Shown here piece by piece: positions 18,554 to 26,525 of a DNA stretch of 64,000 nucleotides. A program made the position numbers and the translations under genes. Origin of the DNA: Pseudomonadota bacterium. Its GTDB lineage: Bacteria > Chloroflexota > Ktedonobacteria > Ktedonobacterales > JADMIN01. The notes beneath the pieces were generated by a model that was not told where the DNA came from, ran no database searches, and worked only from the letters and a program-made list of their open reading frames with translations. The number at the start of each line of letters is the position of its first letter. Positions within the stretch are counted from its first letter, which is position 1. Location: contig JAJPIU010000203.1 of the NCBI GenBank assembly GCA_021324535.1, positions 5,366 through 69,365 of the forward strand, in the 5' to 3' direction.

Positions 18554-18581
18554 TTGACCCCTGGCAGAAACGTGGTATACT
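18554..18581 (+). promoter_or_regulatory. Sigma-70-like promoter (TTGACC - 16 nt - TATACT)
   Basis: Read directly. It lies at the start of the ~1 kb non-coding region that precedes rho and points towards rho. Confidence 0.5.
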
Positions 18582-19510
18582 CTCTAGTGAAGAGACCACT
18601 CTCGGCGCGCTACACCGCCTAACGTTGCGCCACTGCTTCACCACACTGCTGAACATGGGTCTCTTTAAAACAAAAAGCGGGCGCCAATCGTCCGCCTGCC
18701 ATCTGCCAACGCAACGCGCTAATTGGTCATCTACTTGCGCGTATACATCGTCAAGCGCGCAGGAGCATAAGCGCCTGCCAGTTTGGCACTCTCAAGTTTT
18801 TGCATCATTGTCAGACACACTGCGCGGTACAGTTTCTTCACGCCGTCTCAGCGAACAGCGTTGCTGGGAATCTCCTGTAGAGGGGTGAGGAAAAAGGGAG
18901 GACAAAAGGAACTATTGTGCGCTTCAGGCGCTGCGCTTCGTTTAGGCATAGAGCACTCACTATACGCCGTGCCCGACAAGCTCTCGACACAGTAAATTGT
19001 CGCTTCTGCGCCTGCATATCCTCAGTCGCCCCTGGCATCATGCTCAACCGCCACTTGGCCGGACAAGTAGCGCCGAGCCAGCGAAATCGTCAGCGGGCCT
19101 ACCTGCGGCGCCGGTATGTTTCTTCACTAATTTGCGCATGGTGTGTTCTGTAGTCACTTGACTTGGATGGGTGAAATGGGTGTTTGGGGCGCCATGCCTA
19201 ATTTTGCGCGCACACCATGGGGAGTTGCGCTGTTTCGCCATCACGCCGCCATCCGGCGCCAGCTCCGGCTGCGTGAGGAAAAGTGAACGTCGTCTAGTGA
19301 AAGACACTCGCAGCCTGGCGCCGTCAGGGAGCTTTTCATGCGGTTCGCTATTTCCTCCGCTGGATCATCTGGTGGCCTCTCTGTAGCCAACTGAATTATC
19401 AATCAAATCGCCAACCAAATATGTTCAAACCCAATCCGGCCACAGCAGACGCCACGGAAATTATGTGGTTCAGGCTGTTTGACCACCGGTTAGAGTTCCA
19501 GGAGGCCCAT

Positions 19511-22405
19511 GTGCCAACAGATCAGGAAAACGAGCTTTCACCACGCCGACGGGGACGAAAGGCATCCAGCACGTCGAGCACGTCGAGCACGTCGAACATG
19601 TCCGCTGACGGTTTTGGAGGCGATATGAACGCATATGACGCGCCTCGCATGGAGAATCAGATGGAAAGCCAGACAATGGACGCGCTGACGCTGAGCGCGG
19701 TTACAATACCCCCTGCGCGGCGACGCGCAACACGTAGCGCCCCTGCGGTAATTGCAGGCGAACCGGTTCCGTCAGCCGAGGAACCGGCGGCGAAGGCTCC
19801 GCGCGCAAAGGCAGCCAGAACAACAAAAGCGACAAAGGCAAGCATGAGCCAGATGAGCGATTCAGCGGATGATTCGACCACGACGCTTGCAGCGCCCAGT
19901 GATACGCCTGACATTGCCACCCATGAGCGCCAACAGGCGGCTGAGACGTCCGGTGAGCACGCTACGCCGCGCCGCGCAACACGCGCCGTTCGCGCCCGCG
20001 CACAAACGGCTTCTTCGGATGCGCCACCCAGCGGTGAGGTCGCACGGCAAGCGCGCGCGCCGCGCCGACGCGCAACAACGGACGCCTCCGATGTGCAGGC
20101 GGCTACCACCACAGCGCCAACCGATTCGACCGATTCGGCTGGCGCCAATGCAAGCGATGCGAGCGACGAGGCTGCTGGAAGCGCCAAGACTGAAACGGGG
20201 AGCGCGCCGACGCCACGACGACGCTTCGATCATCGTGGACGCAACGCCTACGGGCAAACGATTGTGCTGGGCACGGCGCAGCCGGACGGTTCGGGCGAAC
20301 CGACAGCGCCTGATGCAAGCCGACAGGCCAGCCCTGAACGCGCCGAGTCTTATCAGGCGCCACAGGCTCCACAAACGCCACAAACACAGCGCCCCAACGC
20401 CCGGCAGCAAGGGCAGCAGGGACAACATGGCCAGAACGGCCACGCCCCTCGGTCGGGAAACGCTGGTGGGCAACGTATTAGCGTTCCCTACAATCCAGGA
20501 ACAGGGACGCGCACGAATGTTTCACGTCCGGGTGGTCAGCCCAACCAACCGGCGCAGGGCCAACCAGGAAGGCAACCCAACCAGCCGCACCAGGGGCGCC
20601 AGGGCGGGCGAGGAAACCAGCAGAACCAACAGAATCAGCAAGTCCCTGGGTATGCGCAGGGTGGCTACGCGCCGTACCCACCCTATGGGCCTGGCTATCC
20701 ACCTGCGCCAGGGGCGCCCTATGCGCCGTATCCCCCGTATGGGCAGGGAAACCCTGGCGAGTATGCGCCGTACCCACCCTATGGCTCTGGCTATCCGCCT
20801 GCGCAACAAGACGGCGGCCAGGGGTATCCTCCGAATTATGGGCAGGGGTACGGCCAGCAGTGGGGCCAGCCCGGCCAGCCGGCGCCCTATCCCTATGGGC
20901 GACGCGACGAGCGCGACGCCTATGGCGCACAGCGGCAAGCGCCTGATTACCAGCCGACCCGAACAGATCGCAACGCGCGTGGACGTGGCTATGGGACGAA
21001 CTATCCTGAGCAGCCGGGGCGTGGGTATCCCGACCAGCGCAACGGTTCAACGCGGCCTGCGCCGTATGGCGACCAGCGCGATCAACGGAACGTGCCGTCG
21101 CGCGGCGCGGCGCCACAGCGCGGACGAACGCAACGCGAGGGACAGGCCGCCATGCCATCCGCCGGTTCGCTCTATACCAACGTGCCACCCACACAGCCTG
21201 TGCCCAGCCCTGATGGGCGTTACGCCTATCCTCCCGCGCCCACACAGACGCGGCAGCCCGCCGCCTACACGCGCGCAGCCACCATTGAGATGAGCGGGAT
21301 TGTCTGGCAGAATCCAGGGCATCCCAACGCGCCGGCCGATGTGCTCGATGCGCGCACGCTCCTGCCGATTGCGCGGATCACCGCCGACGAGATGCGGCGG
21401 ATGCTGTTGCGGCCAGGCGATCTGATCGAGGCGCAGGCGGAGGAGCGCGGAGGCCGACGCACTATCGTCGCGCTGAACAACGTGAACGGCGACGCGCCGG
21501 AACGGCTGCGTGAACGGCCTGTCTTCGAACAACTGACGGCGCTTTTCCCTGACCGGCGTATCCGGCTGGAGCATGGGCCGCGCCCCATCTCCGCACGCAT
21601 CATAGATCTCTTCGCGCCGCTGGGCTTTGGCTCGCGCGCGTTGATCGTCGCGCCGCCCAAGACTGGTAAGACGACATTCATCCGCGAGGCGGCGGAATCC
21701 GTCTTGCATGGCTACCCTGAAGCCGTGGTGATGGCCGTGCTGGTGGGTGAGCGCCCCGAAGAGGTGACCGACCTGCGATTGCGATTGGAGCCAAGTGGTG
21801 GGCATGTCTACGCCGCCAGCTTCGATGAAAGCACCGAGCGGCACGCCTGGCTTGTGCAGGTGGCGGTGGAGCGCGCCAAGCGCGTAGCGGAATCTGGCCG
21901 CGACGCATTCATGGTGCTCGATTCGCTCACCCGGTTGGCGCGCGCCGAGAACCTTTCGACACGCGGCAATGGGCGCACACTCAGTGGCGGTATTGACGCC
22001 CAGGCGCTCGATACCGGGCGGCGCGCCTTTGGGGCCGCGCGCAATCTCGAAGAGGGCGGCAGCATCACTATTCTGGCCACCTGTTTGGTGGACACCGGCA
22101 GCCGCCAGGATGACGTGGTGTACGAAGAGTTCAAGGGCACAGGCAACATGGAGATTCACCTCTCGCGTGAGCTTGCTCAGCGTCGTCTTTTCCCGGCGGT
22201 GGATGCTGTGAAATCGGGCACACGCCGCGAAGAGATGTTGCTGACGCCCGAAGAGTTGCGTGGCGCGACGGCCCTACGCCGCCGCATGGCGGGCCTGCCT
22301 ACCACCGAGGCGACGCAGCAGTTGCTCTCGGTGATGGAGCGCACACCCTCCAACGCCGCGCTGTTGCAGGCCATCGAGCAGAGCAACGTGAGCGGCGTGC
22401 GCTAG
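19511..22405 (+). CDS. rho: Transcription termination factor Rho with a very long N-terminal low-complexity extension
   Basis: The C-terminal ~370 aa are canonical Rho: RFG-like RNA-binding part, Walker A APPKTGKT, VLVGERPEEVTD, LDSLTRLARA, and the C-terminal KSGTRREE. The ORF is open from ATG 19421, but GTG 19511 has AGGAGG 5 nt upstream. Confidence 0.9.
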   Translation: MPTDQENELSPRRRGRKASSTSSTSSTSNMSADGFGGDMNAYDAPRMENQMESQTMDALTLSAVTIPPARRRATRSAPAVIAGEPVPSAEEPAAKAPRAKAARTTKATKASMSQMSDSADDSTTTLAAPSDTPDIATHERQQAAETSGEHATPRRATRAVRARAQTASSDAPPSGEVARQARAPRRRATTDASDVQAATTTAPTDSTDSAGANASDASDEAAGSAKTETGSAPTPRRRFDHRGRNAYGQTIVLGTAQPDGSGEPTAPDASRQASPERAESYQAPQAPQTPQTQRPNARQQGQQGQHGQNGHAPRSGNAGGQRISVPYNPGTGTRTNVSRPGGQPNQPAQGQPGRQPNQPHQGRQGGRGNQQNQQNQQVPGYAQGGYAPYPPYGPGYPPAPGAPYAPYPPYGQGNPGEYAPYPPYGSGYPPAQQDGGQGYPPNYGQGYGQQWGQPGQPAPYPYGRRDERDAYGAQRQAPDYQPTRTDRNARGRGYGTNYPEQPGRGYPDQRNGSTRPAPYGDQRDQRNVPSRGAAPQRGRTQREGQAAMPSAGSLYTNVPPTQPVPSPDGRYAYPPAPTQTRQPAAYTRAATIEMSGIVWQNPGHPNAPADVLDARTLLPIARITADEMRRMLLRPGDLIEAQAEERGGRRTIVALNNVNGDAPERLRERPVFEQLTALFPDRRIRLEHGPRPISARIIDLFAPLGFGSRALIVAPPKTGKTTFIREAAESVLHGYPEAVVMAVLVGERPEEVTDLRLRLEPSGGHVYAASFDESTERHAWLVQVAVERAKRVAESGRDAFMVLDSLTRLARAENLSTRGNGRTLSGGIDAQALDTGRRAFGAARNLEEGGSITILATCLVDTGSRQDDVVYEEFKGTGNMEIHLSRELAQRRLFPAVDAVKSGTRREEMLLTPEELRGATALRRRMAGLPTTEATQQLLSVMERTPSNAALLQAIEQSNVSGVR

Positions 22406-22468
22406 ATTGATTATCTTTGGTAGGCCGCTGGCCGCCAGTCATACTCACAGTGGGATATGGCCAGGGGC

Positions 22469-22497
22469 TTGCCTGATGGGCGCAATAGGTGTATACT
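22469..22497 (+). promoter_or_regulatory. Sigma-70-like promoter of rplI (TTGCCT - 17 nt - TATACT)
   Basis: Read directly, about 50 nt upstream of the rplI start. Confidence 0.5.
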
Positions 22498-22548
22498 CGG
22501 TAAGTATGCCTGTTGCGCCTGACTGTGTTTTCAAGGAGTTCCTTTCCC

Positions 22549-23181
22549 GTGAAAGTGATTTTGCTACAAGACGTGCCGGGGCTGGGCAAGCCCGGCGACC
22601 TGAAAGAGGTAGCCCCTGGCTATGCGCGCAACTATCTGTTGCCACGCCAGTTGGTGACGCCAGCCAGCGGCTCTGAGATGGCCAACCTGCGTGAGCGGCT
22701 GGCTGCCACCCGCAAACGTGTGGAAAAGCAGCAGGCCGAGCATGCCTCGCTGTCCCAGAAGCTGGCGGGCGTGACGCTCACCTTCGCCGTGCGTGCGGGC
22801 CAGAACAATCGCCTGTATGGCTCGGTCACAGCGCAAGACATCGCCGATGCGTTGCTCGAACAAGAGGGTTTGACCGTCGAACGGCGCACCATTGTTTTGC
22901 ATGAGCCGCTACGCCAGTTGGGAACCTTTGAGGTGCCTGTGCGCGTCGCGCCGAAGGTTGAGCCAAAGATTACCGTCAAGGTGATCTCCTCAGAGGAAGC
23001 GTCCGCCCAGGCAAACGCCGCAGCCTCAGCAGAAGCGGCTGAATCGCCCGAAGCATCCGTAGCATCTGCGGCATCCGCGGCATCCGCAGCGTCCACTGAA
23101 GATGAGGAAGACGCCGAAGAAGAGGATACTGAAGGTACCGAGGACACGGAGGACACGGAGGACACGGAGGACGAAGCGTAA
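22549..23181 (+). CDS. rplI: 50S ribosomal protein L9 with acidic repeat tail
   Basis: VKVILLQDVPGLGKPGDLKEVAPGYARNYLLPRQLV is the L9 N-terminal signature. GTG start after AAGGAG. The C-terminus is extended by A/S-rich and TEDTEDTEDTEDE sequence. Confidence 0.9.
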   Translation: MKVILLQDVPGLGKPGDLKEVAPGYARNYLLPRQLVTPASGSEMANLRERLAATRKRVEKQQAEHASLSQKLAGVTLTFAVRAGQNNRLYGSVTAQDIADALLEQEGLTVERRTIVLHEPLRQLGTFEVPVRVAPKVEPKITVKVISSEEASAQANAAASAEAAESPEASVASAASAASAASTEDEEDAEEEDTEGTEDTEDTEDTEDEA

Positions 23182-23217
23182 TCCTCTCTGTTCCGCGCCG
23201 CAATTTTGCTACTGATA

Positions 23218-23263
23218 CCCCAGCGTCAGGGTTACATGCTCCCGGCATGCCGTGACGCTGGGG
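23218..23263 (+). terminator. Stem-loop downstream of rplI (possible terminator)
   Basis: 11-bp perfect stem CCCCAGCGTCA/TGACGCTGGGG enclosing a nested CATGC/GCATG hairpin. The downstream U-tract is weak. Confidence 0.45.
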
Positions 23264-23381
23264 ATCGCTGTCTCTTTGGGATTTAGGGTGTAGGGTGTGT
23301 TGCCAGATCTTTCCTTGTCCCATGATGATATGATGCAGGCAAAGTGGCGCATTCGCATGGCAAGGCGCCAGATACGACGAG

Positions 23382-23957
23382 ATGAAGATAACGCATGAGA
23401 GAGCAGTCAAGGCAAGGGATAAGAACGTGGAACGGGCGACACAGGAGCCAGCTGAAAAAACAGTAGACGAGTCGCGCACAGTAATGGCGCGCGCCATGCA
23501 GCCGCCCGACGCCAACGTGTGGGGCAACGTGCACGGCGGAGCTATCATGCGGATGGTTGACGAGGCGGGCGGGGCAGCCGCCATTCGCCATTCGCGCTGC
23601 CGGTGTGTCACCGTCGCAATGGACTCTATGACCTTTAAGCAACCCGTCTATATCGGCGATCTGCTCACCGTCACCGCTTTTCTGACGCATGTTGGCCGCT
23701 CCTCGATGGAGGCGCAGGCAATCATCGAGGCCGAGAATCTGCGCAGCGGACTGAGGCGCCATGTCGGCGTCAGCTACCTTGTCTATGTGGCAATTGATGA
23801 TCAGGGGCGGCCAACCCCCGTGCCCAGGCTCAAGCTGCGCACCGACGAAGAGCGCGCCCGCTGGCAGGCCGCCGAGCGCCGAGGCGCGCGCCGCCGCCAG
23901 GAGGCGGCCCTTCAGCAGGCGGAGACACAACAGGCAGAGCAGGAGGGCAAGCTATGA
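23382..23957 (+). CDS. Acyl-CoA thioesterase (hotdog fold, YciA/BFIT-like)
   Basis: PPDANVWGNVHGGAIMRMVDEAGGAAA...VTVAMDSMTFKQPVYIGDLL matches the acyl-CoA thioester hydrolase hotdog pattern. Confidence 0.85.
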   Translation: MKITHERAVKARDKNVERATQEPAEKTVDESRTVMARAMQPPDANVWGNVHGGAIMRMVDEAGGAAAIRHSRCRCVTVAMDSMTFKQPVYIGDLLTVTAFLTHVGRSSMEAQAIIEAENLRSGLRRHVGVSYLVYVAIDDQGRPTPVPRLKLRTDEERARWQAAERRGARRRQEAALQQAETQQAEQEGKL

Positions 23958-25378
23958 GTCAGCCCGACGCGCCCTCCTCTCCACCCAGGCCACCCACAAC
24001 ACCCACCGGCGTGTGCGATCACGCGGCGAGCGGGCGGCTGTTGGAACGCGCCGAAACCGCAGGGGTGCGTTTCATCAATCTGGAGTTTACCGATGTGGTG
24101 GGGCTGGCCAAATGCGTGACCATCCCCATCGAGCAGTTCGCCGATTGCCTTGCTGGCGGGAAGTGGTTCGATGGTTCTGCAATCGAGGGGCTGGCCCGCG
24201 TCGCCGAGACGGATATGTACCTGCGTCCCGACCCCAATACGTTCGCAGTGATCCCCTGGCGCGCCGAAGACGCCAATGGCGACACAGGTGAAGGGGTGGC
24301 CCGCGTGATCTGCGATGTGCTGATGCCCAACGGCGAGAGCTTCGAGGGCGATCCGCGCGCCGTCCTGCGCGCGGCGCTGGCGGTGGCCGAGGCGCAGGGC
24401 TACCGCTATGAAGTGGCGCCGGAGTTGGAGTTTTTCCTCCTGCGCGAGGAGCCGGGCCGCATTGGGACGCCACTGCCGCATGATCGCGGCGGCTACTTTG
24501 ACCTTTCCACCGACCTGGCAGCCGATGTGCGCCGCGAGATCGTGTGGGAACTTGGTCAGATGGGGGTCGCCGTCGAGAGCAGCCACCACGAGGCGGCAGC
24601 CGGGCAGCACGAGATTGACTTTGCGCCAGCCGACGCCCTGACTATTGCCGATGGGGTGGTCACAGCGCGCTATGCTATCAAGGCGATTGCTCAGCGGCAT
24701 GGGCTGCTGGCGACCTTTCTGCCCAAACCGTTCTACGGCGTCAACGGCTCCGGCATGCACGTTCACCAGCGATTGCTCCGCCTGAGCGATGGCTCCAACG
24801 CCTTCGCCAATCCCGCCGACACAGCGTATGGCCTCTCGGCGATCGGGCGCCAGTTCATCGCGGGGCAGATCGCTCATGCGGCGGGCATGTGCGCGATCAT
24901 TGCGCCGCTTGTCAACTCCTATAAGCGGCTGGTTCCCGGCTACGAGGCGCCCGTCATGATCAACTGGGGGCGTGTCAATCGCGAGGCGTTATTACGTGCG
25001 CCGCGCGTAGCCCCTGGCGCACACGAAGACGCCCGTATCGAACTGCGTTCCCCCGACTCGTCGTGCAATCCCTATCTGGCGTTTGCAGTGATGTTGCGCG
25101 CCGGGCTGGATGGCGTCGCCAGGGGAATGACGCCGCCGGAGCCAATCGAAGAAGCCTTTCACACGCTCGATGAGCAGGCGCGGCTCCGGCGGGGCATCGC
25201 CGTATTGCCCGCGACGCTTGGCGAGGCGCTGGCGGCGTTGCAGGACGATCCGCTGGCGCAGGAGGCGCTTGGCCAGCAGATCGCCGGGTGGTTCGCCGAC
25301 GCCAAAGCCAGCGAATGGGAAACCTATCGTCAGCAGGTGCATCGCTGGGAGCTTGACCGCTATTTGCCGCTCTTTTGA
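23954..25378 (+). CDS. glnA: Glutamine synthetase (type I-like)
   Basis: 474 aa with the N-terminal beta-grasp VRFINLEFTDVVGLAKCVTIP and the catalytic-domain motifs HHEAAAGQHEIDF and NGSGMHVHQ. Its start overlaps the stop of the thioesterase gene. Confidence 0.85.
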   Translation: MSQPDAPSSPPRPPTTPTGVCDHAASGRLLERAETAGVRFINLEFTDVVGLAKCVTIPIEQFADCLAGGKWFDGSAIEGLARVAETDMYLRPDPNTFAVIPWRAEDANGDTGEGVARVICDVLMPNGESFEGDPRAVLRAALAVAEAQGYRYEVAPELEFFLLREEPGRIGTPLPHDRGGYFDLSTDLAADVRREIVWELGQMGVAVESSHHEAAAGQHEIDFAPADALTIADGVVTARYAIKAIAQRHGLLATFLPKPFYGVNGSGMHVHQRLLRLSDGSNAFANPADTAYGLSAIGRQFIAGQIAHAAGMCAIIAPLVNSYKRLVPGYEAPVMINWGRVNREALLRAPRVAPGAHEDARIELRSPDSSCNPYLAFAVMLRAGLDGVARGMTPPEPIEEAFHTLDEQARLRRGIAVLPATLGEALAALQDDPLAQEALGQQIAGWFADAKASEWETYRQQVHRWELDRYLPLF

Positions 25379-25436
25379 GCGCTTGCGACGCTTGCGACGC
25401 TTGAGAGAACCATGAAGTTTGAGAAGGGAGACGCCA

Positions 25437-25670
25437 GTGAGCAGACTGGTTCGCATTGCGGGCAATCATCGCATGGCTGTCGCGCCGGTGCGCGAGGGAC
25501 GCCATATGGGACGCTACTTCCTGGCGTTCGAGTTCTTTGGCAAGTGGCGCATCATCACCGACGAAGATACGCGCGAACTGTTGACCTGGAAGACGCCGGA
25601 AGAAGCCTGGGCCGCAGCAGAGTCGTGGCGCGCCATGTGGGACGAGATCAAGCACCCCGATCTTCCCTGA
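25437..25670 (+). CDS. Hypothetical small protein (about 77 aa)
   Basis: GTG start with AAGGGAG 6 nt upstream. The sequence is non-repetitive and W/E-rich (...FLAFEFFGKWRIITDEDTRELLTWKTPEEAWAAAESWRAMWDEIKH). No family recognised. Confidence 0.45.
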   Translation: MSRLVRIAGNHRMAVAPVREGRHMGRYFLAFEFFGKWRIITDEDTRELLTWKTPEEAWAAAESWRAMWDEIKHPDLP

Positions 25671-25928
25671 TGACTATCCTTCCTAACAGATTTTTGTCAC
25701 GCCTGTTACGTTTGGCGCCCCTCGCTAGTGTCAAGAGCGATACCTGCCCAGAGCGGGTTGTATCCAGGGGAGCGAGGGAGTATGCAGATGGCGATAGCGC
25801 GCTGGCCAGCCCATCCCAGATCACCGCTTTCCATCGCGTCAGGCGTCCTCAGGTGGATGGCGCAGTCGCGTCTGTGGCAAAGACCATATGCCCTTCCTAT
25901 CTCGCAGCCTACGCCAACAAATGCGCCG

Positions 25929-26525
25929 ATGGGTGAAGACACGAACACAACCGTTGGCAAACTTTCCGGCGCGTCCGACCTTCACGGCGACGCTACGCGC
26001 CAGCCGAACAATGGCAATACCATCCTCTCCGCTGAGTGCGAGGCGTTTATCCGCCAGCACGAACGCGACATCCTCAACTACCTCTGGCGCATGCTTGGCG
26101 ATGAGCAATCGGCGTATGACCTCACGCAGGAGGTCTTCCTGCGGGCGTGGCAGCATTTCGACACGATTCGCGCGTATGACCATCCGCGTAGCTGGCTCTT
26201 TCGTGTCGCCACCAACCTCGCCCTCACACAGCTTCAGCGCCGTCGGGCGCCTGTTGGCGCGCCTGAGACGCTCGATGAGACCAACGCGCCGTCGAGCAGC
26301 GATCCCACCTGGCGGCTGGCTGAACGCGATCTCGTCCGCGAGACACTGCGCCAGCTTGCGCCAAAACGCCGCGCCGCGTTGGTGCTACGCGAGGTCTACG
26401 GCCTGAGCGCCGACGAGATCGGCAAGGCGCTAGGCATGCGGGCGACTGCGGTGCGCATGACGATTTTCCGTGCCCGCGAACAGTTCCGCGCCATCTATCT
26501 GCGCGAGGGAGGGCAGGAGCCATGA
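25929..26525 (+). CDS. ECF (sigma-70 group 4) RNA polymerase sigma factor
   Basis: Region 2 (DLTQEVFLRAWQHFDTIRAYDHPRSWLFRVATNLALTQLQRR) and region 4 (RAALVLREVYGLSADEIGKALGMRATAVRMTIFRAREQF). The start is uncertain; the track ORF begins at 25728. Confidence 0.85.
   Translation: MGEDTNTTVGKLSGASDLHGDATRQPNNGNTILSAECEAFIRQHERDILNYLWRMLGDEQSAYDLTQEVFLRAWQHFDTIRAYDHPRSWLFRVATNLALTQLQRRRAPVGAPETLDETNAPSSSDPTWRLAERDLVRETLRQLAPKRRAALVLREVYGLSADEIGKALGMRATAVRMTIFRAREQFRAIYLREGGQEP

Noticed and set aside
18462-19510. Search of the long non-coding regions (18462-19510, 38622-39256, 16619-16928) for known housekeeping RNAs: RNase P, tmRNA, SRP/4.5S, 6S, and additional tRNAs.
   Set aside because: None of the diagnostic motifs I know was found on either strand: GAGGAAAGUCCGGGC, a tRNA-like 3' end ending in ...CUCCACCA, the SRP GGAA/AGCA apical motifs, or a GGTTCGAATCC T-loop. 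A covariance-model search is still needed.
19869-21293. Long alternative-frame and antisense ORFs. Examples: 19869..21293 (+, 474 aa), 21047..22159 (-, 370 aa), 23912..24877 (-, 321 aa), 55181..56104 (-, 307 aa), 57981..59048 (-, 355 aa), 61733..62587 (-, 284 aa) and 34459..35244 (-, 261 aa).
   Set aside because: Each overlaps a gene with clear family motifs (rho, glnA, histidine kinase, copCD, OMT, XRE-TPR) in another frame or strand. Their translations are R/A/P/G-rich junk, typical of stop-poor shadow frames in high-GC DNA.
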